Source: Acinetobacter phage YMC13/03/R2096. From it: a stretch of DNA of 64,000 nucleotides. This document shows positions 26,588 through 36,889 of the stretch, piece by piece. The stretch lies in the sequence record KM672662.1; one strand, given 5' to 3'. Within the stretch, counting starts at the first letter, position 1; every line of letters starts with the position of its first letter. The translations under genes were made by a program, and so were the position numbers. Under the pieces are notes generated by a model, which did not search any database, was not told where the DNA came from, and was given only the letters and a program-made list of their open reading frames with translations.

Positions 26588-27658
26588 ATGCCAACTATTC
26601 GCAATCCATTAGATTTCAGCACTACTCTTGATCTTACTGATGCTATTAATGAGATCGTACCAGAGTATGGTGCTTTTAACAACTCTGGATTATTTAATAA
26701 ACGTGGTACAACTCAGGAAGCTGTACTTTACGAAATCAACCAAGGCGCTCGTAGCTCAATGGTTGGTACAACTTCTCGTAGAGAACGTAACACTGTTAAA
26801 GACGCTCGTGGGCGTGTTAAACAACAAGCTCTCTACATTCCTTACATCAAACACAGCGCACAAATCGCTCGTGAAGATGTAGCGTATGTTGTACGTGACT
26901 GGAAAGAGCTTACTGTTGAATCAGTAACAGAGTTATACGTAGACAAGCTTGCAAGCTTACGTAGAAACTTAGAGCAATCTCATGAATATATGGCTGTAAC
27001 AGCTACACAAGGTATCACTCGTGATCCTCTAGATGGTTCTGTGATTGTTGACATGTTCGCTATCAATGGCGTTACACAAACAGTTCATACTTGGAACTTC
27101 ACTGACCCTAACTTCGACCTTATTGGTGCGATTCGTAAGTTAAAAACTGACTTAACTCGTGCCAACCTTTGGGGTGGTGTGATTCAGTCAGTGGACGTAC
27201 CAGTAGGTGAAGCGTTGTTTAATGCTATCGTAACACACCCTCAATTAGCTGAACTTTATGTTCTTGCTATGACTGGTCGTGGTCAAGAAGCAATCAACAA
27301 CTCTCGTCCTTGGGCAACAGAAACAATGACTCGTTACGGTATTGCTTCTACGTTTACATTTGATGGTGTACGTTTCATGACTTACCCTTCAACATTCCGT
27401 ACAGAGCAAGGTGACTTGATTGAACCTATCGCTAATAACGAAGGTCATACAATTGTACGTGGTTTATCTGGTATGTATGAAGCTCGCTTCGCTCCAGACA
27501 ACAACCTTGACACAATTGGTCAAGTAGGTCAAGAGATTTTCGCATGGCGTACTCCATTGATCGAACGTCACCACTTCGAAATCATCACTGAAACAAGCCC
27601 AATCTACTTCGCTACACATCCTGAATTAATCTTCAAGATCGTAGGTACATTGGCTTAA
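26588..27658 (+). CDS. major capsid protein
   Basis: 356 aa. It follows the protease-scaffold, has a strong RBS, and is followed by a hairpin. Confidence 0.6.
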   Translation: MPTIRNPLDFSTTLDLTDAINEIVPEYGAFNNSGLFNKRGTTQEAVLYEINQGARSSMVGTTSRRERNTVKDARGRVKQQALYIPYIKHSAQIAREDVAYVVRDWKELTVESVTELYVDKLASLRRNLEQSHEYMAVTATQGITRDPLDGSVIVDMFAINGVTQTVHTWNFTDPNFDLIGAIRKLKTDLTRANLWGGVIQSVDVPVGEALFNAIVTHPQLAELYVLAMTGRGQEAINNSRPWATETMTRYGIASTFTFDGVRFMTYPSTFRTEQGDLIEPIANNEGHTIVRGLSGMYEARFAPDNNLDTIGQVGQEIFAWRTPLIERHHFEIITETSPIYFATHPELIFKIVGTLA

Positions 27659-27671
27659 TCAGTCAAATGAA

Positions 27672-27700
27672 TAACCTTCTAGGCTATCTTTCTAGGTAGC
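27672..27700 (+). terminator. hairpin after capsid gene (CTAGGCTA...TAGCCTAG)
   Basis: 8-bp perfect stem. The downstream sequence is not T-rich. Confidence 0.3.
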
Positions 27701-27775
27701 CTAGATAACTTTATCTAAAGGCATTTCATAAGGTTTAGAGATGTTTTTACATAAAGTTATTTCTAGGAGAATGTA

Positions 27776-28324
27776 ATGACATTTACATATACAGGCGATC
27801 CATCAAACAACAAAATCGATGAGCTTAGATTACTCTTAGGTGACTTAGATGAAAGACAACCAATCTACCAAGATGAAGAGATTCAATACTTTTTAAATCA
27901 AGCTGATGGTAACGTAAAGGTAGCCTTCTACTTAGCTATTGGCGCTATGATTCCAAAGTTTACTCGAATGGCAAGAGAAAGGGCTGGACAAATCGAAGTC
28001 TATGCTGGTGATTACTTCAACCACTACTTACAGTGGATTAAAATGTTAATGAAGCCTACTTCACCATCATTCCAGTTAAGAGAAGACGCTCTTTTCTATG
28101 GTGGTATTGAGAAGGCTCAGTCACAACAATACTTCCTAGACCCTTCTATTGTTGCACAACCATTCTATAGAGGCCAATTCTTCAGAATGCCAACTATGAT
28201 GGGATATCGTAGATTAACCCCTACAGGATTCGCTGAGGTTGATGAAAGTGGAAGACTTTTAGGTTTTGTGAGAGATGTGGCACTACCAGCAGTTATTGAT
28301 GACTCTGATGTGCCAAATCCTTAA
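27776..28324 (+). CDS. head completion or adaptor protein candidate
   Basis: 182 aa. Call is by position. Confidence 0.35.
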   Translation: MTFTYTGDPSNNKIDELRLLLGDLDERQPIYQDEEIQYFLNQADGNVKVAFYLAIGAMIPKFTRMARERAGQIEVYAGDYFNHYLQWIKMLMKPTSPSFQLREDALFYGGIEKAQSQQYFLDPSIVAQPFYRGQFFRMPTMMGYRRLTPTGFAEVDESGRLLGFVRDVALPAVIDDSDVPNP

Positions 28325-28333
28325 GGAGTAAGT

Positions 28334-28939
28334 ATGGCTAGGGGTGGATTACCTGAATGGCAAAAGGCCAGATATAGAACAACATATGCTGGAAAGAAAG
28401 CCTATACGGTTAGACATAAGAACCTAACCATGCATGTGAATACTGAAAAGTTAGAAGCCTTGAAAGGTGAACTTGTTAACCTATCTCTTCAACATGTACG
28501 TTATGGTATTGTAGATGACAATAGATATCCTACAAGTGACCCTAGAGGTAGAGGTGGGATGTATGTAGCAACCATTTGGAAGCGTCTTGAGTTTGGTTCA
28601 GTGGATGAGATCAATGGTAAAGCCAGAGTTATTCCACCACGACCAACATTTACACAACATGTGCACACTGGTGGTAAAGGTACAGCAAAACTTGTAATGA
28701 TGGATATCATGCACGATGTCTTTACAGGTAAATCTGTTAGGGATAAAGCATGGGTGAAGTTAGGTTTAGCAATGCAATCTCGTCTTAAATTCGATGTAAT
28801 GACTCAGAAAGGTTTTGTTCCATTGAAGTTACCTAGTTGGTCCGATAGATCCCCAACAGACTTCTATAATGATACAGGTCATTTAATTAGAAGTATTTCT
28901 TATCGAATTATGCCTATAGGTTTAGATTTTAGCAAGTGA
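28334..28939 (+). CDS. structural protein
   Basis: 201 aa. Confidence 0.35.
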   Translation: MARGGLPEWQKARYRTTYAGKKAYTVRHKNLTMHVNTEKLEALKGELVNLSLQHVRYGIVDDNRYPTSDPRGRGGMYVATIWKRLEFGSVDEINGKARVIPPRPTFTQHVHTGGKGTAKLVMMDIMHDVFTGKSVRDKAWVKLGLAMQSRLKFDVMTQKGFVPLKLPSWSDRSPTDFYNDTGHLIRSISYRIMPIGLDFSK

Positions 28940-28957
28940 TTTAGTGGAGATTAAAAT

Positions 28958-29368
28958 ATGGAAATTATGCCACTATCATCACCTACGGGGCGTGTCAATT
29001 TAAAAGTATTGAGACATGTTGGTGGGTATTACGATGAAGATGGGATGTGGGTTGGTGGTCAATATCAAGAGATCTCTGTTATTGCCAATGTTCAACCAGC
29101 TAACAGATGGAACGTACAACAACAATTAAAAGAAGGGGACAGACAGAAAGATACAATCTTAGTTCTCTGTTACGACAATCTTGTCAAGGCAGATGATAGG
29201 GCTGATCCTTCAGGGAATCCTCAAGTTAAAACCAAAGCTGATATTGTTGTCTGGAAAGATAAATACTATGAGGTAAAAACAGCAGAACCTTATGAAATGG
29301 GTGTGCTCAATCACTGTGAATGTATTTGTGTAAGGCTAGATGATGAATCACCATTTATTGGAGGTTAA
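28958..29368 (+). CDS. head-tail joining protein candidate
   Basis: 136 aa. Confidence 0.35.
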   Translation: MEIMPLSSPTGRVNLKVLRHVGGYYDEDGMWVGGQYQEISVIANVQPANRWNVQQQLKEGDRQKDTILVLCYDNLVKADDRADPSGNPQVKTKADIVVWKDKYYEVKTAEPYEMGVLNHCECICVRLDDESPFIGG

Positions 29369-29370
29369 TC

Positions 29371-29937
29371 ATGCAAGACAGAAGACAATTCTCAAGAGCA
29401 TTTAGAGAGTTGATGCCAGATGTACAGTTCTACTGGTCTGGACAAGAAGGTGTAAAACTAACTCCACCAATGGTTCTATTTGATGTTTTAGCCGATGAAA
29501 TTGTTGGTATGGGTGAAAAACCAACCTCAACCGCACCAAGAGATGTAGCTGGTGATACTGACTATGTTGGACGTTATGGGGAAACTAGAGAGGTAGTCGT
29601 TCGGGTTTCCTTTATAGGTAAATTTACTGATAGCACATATGCTAATTCCAGAAAGTTTATGGCAATCGTAAAAAGTTTTCAAGGAAGAAGTGCATTTTAC
29701 CGACAGGGATTGTCTTTAGCAGGTGTCTCTCCGATGAGGCCAGTTGATGTTTCTACAGAGACTACAGCCTATACAAACAACTATGTGGATCTTACCCTTA
29801 GATATAAATCAATCTTTGAATTTAATTTAGAGCCTATTGAAGAAGTAGAAGTGAGCCATGTTCTCACTATTGACGAAGATTTAGGGACTCCAGAACCTGA
29901 CTACACAATAACAGGTACAAACACTATCACCAGATAA
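29371..29937 (+). CDS. tail completion or structural protein
   Basis: 188 aa. Confidence 0.35.
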   Translation: MQDRRQFSRAFRELMPDVQFYWSGQEGVKLTPPMVLFDVLADEIVGMGEKPTSTAPRDVAGDTDYVGRYGETREVVVRVSFIGKFTDSTYANSRKFMAIVKSFQGRSAFYRQGLSLAGVSPMRPVDVSTETTAYTNNYVDLTLRYKSIFEFNLEPIEEVEVSHVLTIDEDLGTPEPDYTITGTNTITR

Positions 29938-29950
29938 AAGAGGAAGAAAA

Positions 29951-30979
29951 ATGGCTTCAAAACTTTCTGAAGTAGTGAATGTTGTTATTAGAAGAGAGAC
30001 TAGTTTCATCCGTGAAGCTGATTTAAACACAATGGCTATTGTCTCAAATAACACAACATTTACAGATGCATACCGCATCTACACTAATATTGATCAAATT
30101 TTAGATGATGGCTTTGATACAGATTCTTATGTTTATAAAGCAGCAGCAATGGCTTTTGGACAAGAAATTAAACCAGCTAAGATTGTTGTTACAGGTGGTG
30201 CTGTTGCAACTGGCGAGTATGTTACAAAGCTTACAAGTACATTAAGTGCATATAACCAATTTTTATTCGTTGTCACAGATGCTACAGCAGATGCAGATAT
30301 TCTTGCAATTGCAGCTTATGTGGAAACACAAGAGTTATTTTATGGAGTTACTATGACTGATATTACAGCACAAGGCAACTTGATGACTCAGCTAAAAACT
30401 CTTGGCTACGATCGTACACTTGTTTTATTCAATGAAAATACTACAGGAACTATCCCAGAAGCTGGATGGATTGCTAGATTCGGTTCTGAGCAAGCTGGAA
30501 GTATCACTTGGGTTCTTAAACCAGTTAAAGGTCTTTTACCATCAAAACTTTCTGAAACACAGAAAACATTCTTAGAGACCAACAACGTTTCATGGCTAGA
30601 CAGTTATGAAGACGATGCAGTTATCTCTAATCGTGGTGGTAAGGTTGCTTCTGGTGAGTGGATTGATGTAATGCTTGGGGTTCAGTGGATTATCACTCGC
30701 TTGAGAGAAGCAGTTTACAACGTTCTAAGAAACCAACGTAAAGTAGGTATGAGTAATGAAGGGGTTGCTTTAATTGAGGCACCGATTCGTAGAGTTTTAG
30801 AACAAGCTATCCTGTTTGGTATCTTGGCAAGAGAACCACAATATTCTCTTATCATGCCTGATGTTCTAGCATTGACACCAGCAGAACGTAACTCTCGTAA
30901 ACTTAAAGGCATCACTTTCAGAGCTAGACTTGAAGGTGCTATTCACTATGTTGACATTGAAGGCACTGTTTACCCTTAA
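29951..30979 (+). CDS. major tail protein (sheath-like candidate)
   Basis: 342 aa. It sits upstream of the tube-like paralogs. Confidence 0.4.
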   Translation: MASKLSEVVNVVIRRETSFIREADLNTMAIVSNNTTFTDAYRIYTNIDQILDDGFDTDSYVYKAAAMAFGQEIKPAKIVVTGGAVATGEYVTKLTSTLSAYNQFLFVVTDATADADILAIAAYVETQELFYGVTMTDITAQGNLMTQLKTLGYDRTLVLFNENTTGTIPEAGWIARFGSEQAGSITWVLKPVKGLLPSKLSETQKTFLETNNVSWLDSYEDDAVISNRGGKVASGEWIDVMLGVQWIITRLREAVYNVLRNQRKVGMSNEGVALIEAPIRRVLEQAILFGILAREPQYSLIMPDVLALTPAERNSRKLKGITFRARLEGAIHYVDIEGTVYP

Positions 30980-31016
30980 TCTGAGGGTAAACTTACTTAA
31001 AATAAGGAGAGTTTAG

Positions 31017-31544
31017 ATGGCTGAACAAAACTTAGGTACATACAGTGCTGAAGAAGTTCAAGTAATTTTAGAGCAAGAAAGTACAGGTCTAGTTTATAGG
31101 GTTGTAGGTTTCATGGAAGATTCTATGGTTACTATAACACCTTCAGTAGATACATACACACCATACAATGGTGCAGATAATACTGGTGCCCGTATTCATA
31201 ATGGTAACAGAAGTGCAAACGTGGTTTTATCTCTACAACAAACTTCACCTTCGAACGATGTCTTAACAAGACTACTTCAAAAGGATGTTCGTTCACGTAG
31301 AAATGAAGGTCTCTTCTCAGTAATGATTAAGGATGCTTCTGGACGTACTGTTGCGACAGCACGACAAGCATACATTACAAGACTACCAGAAATCACTTAC
31401 ACAAACAACATGTCAGTGCGTGAATGGAATATTTATGCATACAACTCAGAAATCTTCGTTGGTGGTAACGCTATGTTAGAACCAGAAGTTGTAGATGCTT
31501 TAACAACACTTGAAGCACCTATCGACAACACTTGGGTTGACTAA
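31017..31544 (+). CDS. tail tube-like protein, paralog 1 (LSLQQTSP family)
   Basis: 175 aa. Motif VVLSLQQTSPSNDVL. A strong terminator follows. Confidence 0.45.
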   Translation: MAEQNLGTYSAEEVQVILEQESTGLVYRVVGFMEDSMVTITPSVDTYTPYNGADNTGARIHNGNRSANVVLSLQQTSPSNDVLTRLLQKDVRSRRNEGLFSVMIKDASGRTVATARQAYITRLPEITYTNNMSVREWNIYAYNSEIFVGGNAMLEPEVVDALTTLEAPIDNTWVD

Positions 31545-31549
31545 TGCTT

Positions 31550-31588
31550 GGGAGGGTTGGGTTTTCCTTCCCTCCCTTTTTGTTTCTT
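31550..31588 (+). terminator. rho-independent terminator (GGGAGGG...CCCTCCC then T-run)
   Basis: 7-bp GC stem followed by TTTTTGTTTCTTT. Confidence 0.6.
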
Positions 31589-31600
31589 TGAGAGGATATT

Positions 31601-32167
31601 ATGATCAATGAATTGATGTATTACTCACCAATGGATGTGCAATTCACCATTCTTGGAAAAACCATTTCAGGTTATGCTGAAGACAACTTCATTGTGATTG
31701 AGCCTCAAAATGACACATCAACCATGAAGGATTCTCTTGATGGTAGAGTGCAAATAACACATAAACCTAATGCAATGTATACTGTAACTCTTTCATTGCA
31801 GCAGACATCACCAGATAACACCTTATTGAGTGCACTACATACAATCTACAAGAGATTTGGTTCAACACTAAAACTACCATTGATTATTAAAGATCATAAC
31901 ACAGGGACCACAATGTATGCAACTGATGTTTTCTTTAGAAGGGAACCTACAGTTACTTTTGGCTCAGGTATGAATGTACTTAATTGGGAGTTTAATGTAA
32001 AGAATCCTTCTTTTGTCATTAGTGGTAACCCTATAGGTGATAATGATGATATTGAAAGAATGATCAACCAAGCTATTCAAATAGCTGGTTATTTAGATAT
32101 TGACCTATCTTCAATTTTAGGAACTGTTAATAATCTTTTTGAAGATGTTAGAGACATATTTGTCTAG
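31601..32167 (+). CDS. tail tube-like protein, paralog 2
   Basis: 188 aa. Motif VTLSLQQTSPDNTLL. Confidence 0.45.
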   Translation: MINELMYYSPMDVQFTILGKTISGYAEDNFIVIEPQNDTSTMKDSLDGRVQITHKPNAMYTVTLSLQQTSPDNTLLSALHTIYKRFGSTLKLPLIIKDHNTGTTMYATDVFFRREPTVTFGSGMNVLNWEFNVKNPSFVISGNPIGDNDDIERMINQAIQIAGYLDIDLSSILGTVNNLFEDVRDIFV

Positions 32168-32170
32168 GGA

Positions 32171-32785
32171 GTGAATTATATGGCTGATCTTGATTTTGAT
32201 CAATACATCAAAGAAAACCCCGACATCTTAGGTCAAACAGTTGATAGAGATTCCTTACTAGGTCCACAAGCTACAAATACTGTTTTAAAGTCATCAACAA
32301 AGGCTTCTGAGAGCTTTGGTAACTTTGTTAAGCAAACCCAAAGTGTTCTTAACAGCAGAGTTTTTACAACCCTTAAGAGGATTGCTGGAAAGATTATCTC
32401 TAATGGTGAGGGTTCTTATGACCCTTCAAAGCATATCTTTTATGTTGGTGATTTAAAATTAGAGGGTGTTGTTGAATGTAGAATCAACTACCCCGATGTT
32501 TTCAAAACTTACGAAAGTATGGCAATTGGTGGAAACCCTGTAACCAGAAAAAGAAATGGTGTCATTACTATGGAGATTGTACTACAAAGAACCTCTCCTA
32601 GTTGTAATGCACTTAATCAAGCATGGGATATCATGTATAGAACTGGTAGGGGAAAACTTAAAATCCACATTGTCGATAATGGTGGTATTGGCCTAGATGG
32701 TGATGCCATTATTGTTAAAAAACCAGACAATACAATGGATATTGATGGTGCAGATTTTACATATACCTTTCAATTATTTAGATAA
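32171..32785 (+). CDS. tail tube-like protein, paralog 3
   Basis: 204 aa. Motif IVLQRTSPSCNAL. Confidence 0.4.
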   Translation: MNYMADLDFDQYIKENPDILGQTVDRDSLLGPQATNTVLKSSTKASESFGNFVKQTQSVLNSRVFTTLKRIAGKIISNGEGSYDPSKHIFYVGDLKLEGVVECRINYPDVFKTYESMAIGGNPVTRKRNGVITMEIVLQRTSPSCNALNQAWDIMYRTGRGKLKIHIVDNGGIGLDGDAIIVKKPDNTMDIDGADFTYTFQLFR

Positions 32786-32804
32786 TATCTTTGTTATATA
32801 AGGA

Positions 32805-33236
32805 GTGAATATGACACAAGAACTACAACGAGTTGTTACTGTTAACGACAAAGAATACACAATTCAAATCTTCAAGGGTGAAACCTCAATGGTTATCTTC
32901 CATGAGTTAAGCCGTGTAATCATCCCCTTCATTAAGGATTTACAGGATGCCTTCACAACTGAAGATGAAGCAGAAAAAAGTAAAATGATTTTAAGTGCTC
33001 TAGAGAAAGTATTCACTACAGTGGATTATAACACAGCACTCAAACTCTTAAAAACTCTGGTAAGTCAAGTATATGGTGCCAATGGCCGTGTAATTGTTCC
33101 TAATGATGAATTCGCTAAGAACATTACTTCATGGTACTTGTTAGCTTGGGAAGTTATCTCATTCAACTACGCTGATGTTTTTTCCTTTCTCGGTTCAGGA
33201 GAGACAGCAGCAGACCTGAAACGAGACTTAATCTAA
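32805..33236 (+). CDS. tail assembly chaperone (G-like)
   Basis: 143-aa acidic protein immediately upstream of the tape measure gene. Confidence 0.5.
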   Translation: MNMTQELQRVVTVNDKEYTIQIFKGETSMVIFHELSRVIIPFIKDLQDAFTTEDEAEKSKMILSALEKVFTTVDYNTALKLLKTLVSQVYGANGRVIVPNDEFAKNITSWYLLAWEVISFNYADVFSFLGSGETAADLKRDLI

Positions 33237-33447
33237 AATTAAGGGCTGAACTTGACAAATTAGATGAAGAGTTCAGCATGCCTCATGAATGGCTGCAAAT
33301 ACTTAGTGCTAAAAAACCTTTGGTTACCTATATGGAATTAAGGAATATGACATGCTCTGAAGTATACGATATTCTTGAGTTGCAAGATAGTTTAGACCTC
33401 TACAGGGATGTTGCTGAATATATCCAAGAGCAAAATAAAAAATAATT
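33176..33447 (+). CDS. -1 frame extension of the chaperone (GT-like product via programmed frameshift)
   Basis: The -1 frame is open from 33176 to 33447 with no credible own start. The overlap contains GTTTTTTCC (33177-33185). Confidence 0.4.
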
Positions 33448-33460
33448 GTGAGGTAATATA

Positions 33461-35584
33461 ATGGAAATTGCTAAGCTGTTTGCCTCTGTCGGCTTCCGAG
33501 TTGACACAACAAACCTTGAAAAGTTCGAAAGCAAATTGGGCCAAGTACAGACTAAGTTTGTAGGTTTTAGCCAAACAATTAGTGCTGTTGGTACACAAGC
33601 ATCTACAGCAATTGTCCCTGTAAATAACTTACTTAAAGCTTTAGATTTTAAAGGTAAAAGTACAGGTATTACCCCTTTAGTTACTGCTTTAGGGAGATTA
33701 TCTACCACAGTAAATGCAATGAATACTTCTGAGTTCCACTCAAAGATTCAAAAAATTACATTAGCACTAGAAGAATCTAGACCTAGTATTTGGAAAAGTA
33801 AAAATGCTTGGGAAGCATACGCTAAAGCTGTAGCAGAAGCAAGGGCTGCCTTAACAGGAAACTGGGGAAGAATGCCCCCTAGCCCAAGAACTGCTGCTAG
33901 TGGTGCTGCTGGGGTAGCTGGAGGTATGGCTTTAGGGTCAACTATGAGAGGAGGTGGTGGTTATGTATCATCACCTCACTACACACCAGCAAGTAGACTT
34001 TTAGCACCAATGGTTGGCTCTCACTTAGCTTATTTAGGTTCTGGTGGCGTTATGGCTGGGGTTGGTGCTATCTATGCCACTAAAGCCACTCTAGATAGAG
34101 CACAAGAGAACGTAACCGCAGAGAACTTTGTAAAGATGGCCTCTAAAGATGATGCCGAGTTCAAACAAAACCGAGATTGGTTGTGGGAAAGATCACAGTA
34201 CTATGGTACTGACATCAATGCCAACATGGAAGGTTTTGGTAAAATCTACATGAACACCATTGATTCTCTAGGAAGAAAAGCTTCTTTAAATGTTATTGAA
34301 GACATTATGAAGTATAACACTGCTATGCACACTTCTAGGGAAGCTCAGAAGTTTATTAACAAGTCATTGTACCAAATGGCAGGTACAGCCCAAGTAAACG
34401 CTCAAGACTATAACCAATGGGAAGAACACGTAGCTGGTGGTAACAAAGTGGCTTCTGCTGCTCTTGATATCTTAGCACGACAAGGTAAAATCCAAAAAGA
34501 TTGGAGAGAATTAGGAACCGCCAAAAAAGCTATTTCCGAATTAAAACTCCAAGGTAAGGATTTAGTACCAGCCTTGACACAAGCTATGGCTAATGCTTCT
34601 GCTAAAGGTCTAGAAACTGGTCGTACTGGTTACCAAGCCCAACAAACAAGATTCCAAAACCAAGTAACACAATTTGCTAGGGATCTTGCTGATGGTGGCT
34701 TGTTCGATATGGCTAAGAATTTCTTTAAGTTACTATCAACCATTATGGATGTCATGAAGGCAATGATGCCAATATGGACTGGTTTAGCTAAGGTTATGGG
34801 ATTCTTCTTTGAGAATTTCGCTTTAGGCATTGAAGCCATTAAGGAATTTTTGAAGTATGGTCTAGATTTTATATCATTCTTATATGAAACACGTACTGGT
34901 GCTCTTATTGCCAATGCTGGTATTGCTTTACTTCTTATTGGACTTTGGAGATTCTTCAATGGCTTCAAGAAGTTTATGACTGCTGTTAAATTATTAATGG
35001 CTTCAAACCCAATCCTATTAGCATTAATGGCAATCATTACTATTCTAGGTTTCCTATATGGTCAATGGAAAGCACAACAAGAAGGTTTAGATAACTGGTT
35101 AGATGTCTTTACGGATGTTCTAACAATTGCCAAATATTCATTCTTAGAGTTTGTCTACAATGTACAATCATACTTCTTTATGATGATTTCGTCAATTGTC
35201 TCTAAAGGCATGGAAATCAAAACTTGGTTGTCTGATGTAATTGAAGAAATGAGGGAGATGAGTAAAGTTGTTGACTTGATTGTTACTGGTTTTGAGAAAG
35301 TTGAAGAGTTGAGACAAAGAAACAAAAAGAACCGAGAGGAACTTGATGGAGTATTTGAAAAATATGGAATCAACAGAAATAGTTTCTGGTCACCAATGGC
35401 TAAACCTATTCAACAACCAACTACACCAAGTCCTTCTAAGAATGCTTTTGGTAATGGCTTAAGTGGCTTTACTGGTGCTGACTTCAGAATCAAAACTGAA
35501 GGTCAATTCACACTGGTTGACCAAAAAGGAAAACCTCTGGGTAATGCTGAGAATATTAATTCTCAAGTTGCTTATGGTGTTTAG
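33461..35584 (+). CDS. tail tape measure protein
   Basis: 707 aa. Alanine-rich helical N-terminus with central TM segments. It lies downstream of the chaperone pair. Confidence 0.75.
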   Translation: MEIAKLFASVGFRVDTTNLEKFESKLGQVQTKFVGFSQTISAVGTQASTAIVPVNNLLKALDFKGKSTGITPLVTALGRLSTTVNAMNTSEFHSKIQKITLALEESRPSIWKSKNAWEAYAKAVAEARAALTGNWGRMPPSPRTAASGAAGVAGGMALGSTMRGGGGYVSSPHYTPASRLLAPMVGSHLAYLGSGGVMAGVGAIYATKATLDRAQENVTAENFVKMASKDDAEFKQNRDWLWERSQYYGTDINANMEGFGKIYMNTIDSLGRKASLNVIEDIMKYNTAMHTSREAQKFINKSLYQMAGTAQVNAQDYNQWEEHVAGGNKVASAALDILARQGKIQKDWRELGTAKKAISELKLQGKDLVPALTQAMANASAKGLETGRTGYQAQQTRFQNQVTQFARDLADGGLFDMAKNFFKLLSTIMDVMKAMMPIWTGLAKVMGFFFENFALGIEAIKEFLKYGLDFISFLYETRTGALIANAGIALLLIGLWRFFNGFKKFMTAVKLLMASNPILLALMAIITILGFLYGQWKAQQEGLDNWLDVFTDVLTIAKYSFLEFVYNVQSYFFMMISSIVSKGMEIKTWLSDVIEEMREMSKVVDLIVTGFEKVEELRQRNKKNREELDGVFEKYGINRNSFWSPMAKPIQQPTTPSPSKNAFGNGLSGFTGADFRIKTEGQFTLVDQKGKPLGNAENINSQVAYGV

Positions 35585-35621
35585 GTAGCAGAATACAGGA
35601 GAATAAAATGAGGGATCATGA

Positions 35622-36515
35622 ATGAGATATCACCTATATTCAATCAACACGGGAGAGGTAATCTCTCTCGATGCTACCACAAGCTTTAGTGAAAGCCATA
35701 AGGCCAATGTCACAGAGCATCCTGTGGAAATGGGCACACCAATTAGTGACCATGTGTTCTTATCCAACCCAACACTTAACCTGAAGGGTATCGTGACAGA
35801 TTATGATGTAGTTAATAGTGAATATATTGACTTGTCAAGCTTCTCGGTATCCTCAATAGTTCAAGATGTAATTAGTCTTTTTAAGGACCCTACAGATGTT
35901 GATAATATTTCAACACAGGATGACACTAAGTTAGACTTTAGGTCAATTGCTGTTGCAAACGCCTTAAAGAAAGCTTTCTATGATCGCCATGTTTTCTCTT
36001 TGTTTGTTTTAGATGACACAGAAGATGCACCACCTATTGATCACTACAACACAGTGGTAATCGATGGTCTAACCTTCACTAGAAGTGCTGACAATGGTGG
36101 TGAAATGATTGAGGTTGATATTGCACTCAAGCAAATACGATTAGCCAAAATCAGAAGATCTGAAGTGACAAAAGCCGAGAAGGATGCCTTAGATAAAGCT
36201 GTTTCTCAGACAGCTAAATCAAACGCTACTAAAGATAGTACTAGTGGTTCATCTAAGAGTACTAAAGATGGTAAAGGGACTAAAACAAGTGGTGATGGTG
36301 CCTTTTCAGATCCTTCAGATATTAGCAAACAATTTGATGTTGGTGCTAAAGAAGGTGAAGGTGCTGGAAGTTTAGTTGGTAAGGTTAGATCCAAGACAGC
36401 AGCTATGGCTAAACAAAAGATGGTAGATGCAGAAGATGCTAGAAAGTTAGCCGAAAGAAACCGAGCAGGTATCTCTGAAGGTAAAACTTACGGAACTACT
36501 TATGGTGGTAGATAA
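35622..36515 (+). CDS. distal tail or baseplate protein
   Basis: 297 aa. Confidence 0.4.
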   Translation: MRYHLYSINTGEVISLDATTSFSESHKANVTEHPVEMGTPISDHVFLSNPTLNLKGIVTDYDVVNSEYIDLSSFSVSSIVQDVISLFKDPTDVDNISTQDDTKLDFRSIAVANALKKAFYDRHVFSLFVLDDTEDAPPIDHYNTVVIDGLTFTRSADNGGEMIEVDIALKQIRLAKIRRSEVTKAEKDALDKAVSQTAKSNATKDSTSGSSKSTKDGKGTKTSGDGAFSDPSDISKQFDVGAKEGEGAGSLVGKVRSKTAAMAKQKMVDAEDARKLAERNRAGISEGKTYGTTYGGR

Positions 36516-36529
36516 TTTAAGGAGTATGT

Positions 36530-36877
36530 ATGGAGCAATTAAAATATTATGGTTGTAGGGTAGCACTTTATAACGATAAAAACTACACATGCTTTATCAA
36601 GCTCTCAGATTTTACTTACCACTTAGCCTTTAGGTACAACACCTTTGCTGGTGCATATATGTTAACTGTATATGATGCCAATGGTAATACTCTGATATCA
36701 AACAAAATGGTCAAACCTGACAGGATGTTTGATATTAGACCTAGAGAGAATTCTGTAGAATCTTTGAACTTGGTATTTAATAAAATATTCCCAAATGCTG
36801 ATGTAAATTATGACAAATGGGATGACAACATGATGTGCACAGCCTATCTTACACGATGGGAGAATGTAGAGCAATAG
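36530..36877 (+). CDS. baseplate-associated small protein
   Basis: 115 aa. Confidence 0.35.
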   Translation: MEQLKYYGCRVALYNDKNYTCFIKLSDFTYHLAFRYNTFAGAYMLTVYDANGNTLISNKMVKPDRMFDIRPRENSVESLNLVFNKIFPNADVNYDKWDDNMMCTAYLTRWENVEQ

Positions 36878-36889
36878 GAAGGAGGGTTT

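Noticed and set aside
33278-33447. Independent small gene starting at ATG 33278 (MPHEWLQIL...)
   Set aside because: No Shine-Dalgarno sequence is present. The frame is open upstream into the chaperone gene. The G/GT frameshift model explains it better.
35155-35373. Minus-strand ORF inside the tape measure gene, with similar cases at 34630..35037 and 38489..38764
   Set aside because: They lie antisense within strongly supported structural genes.
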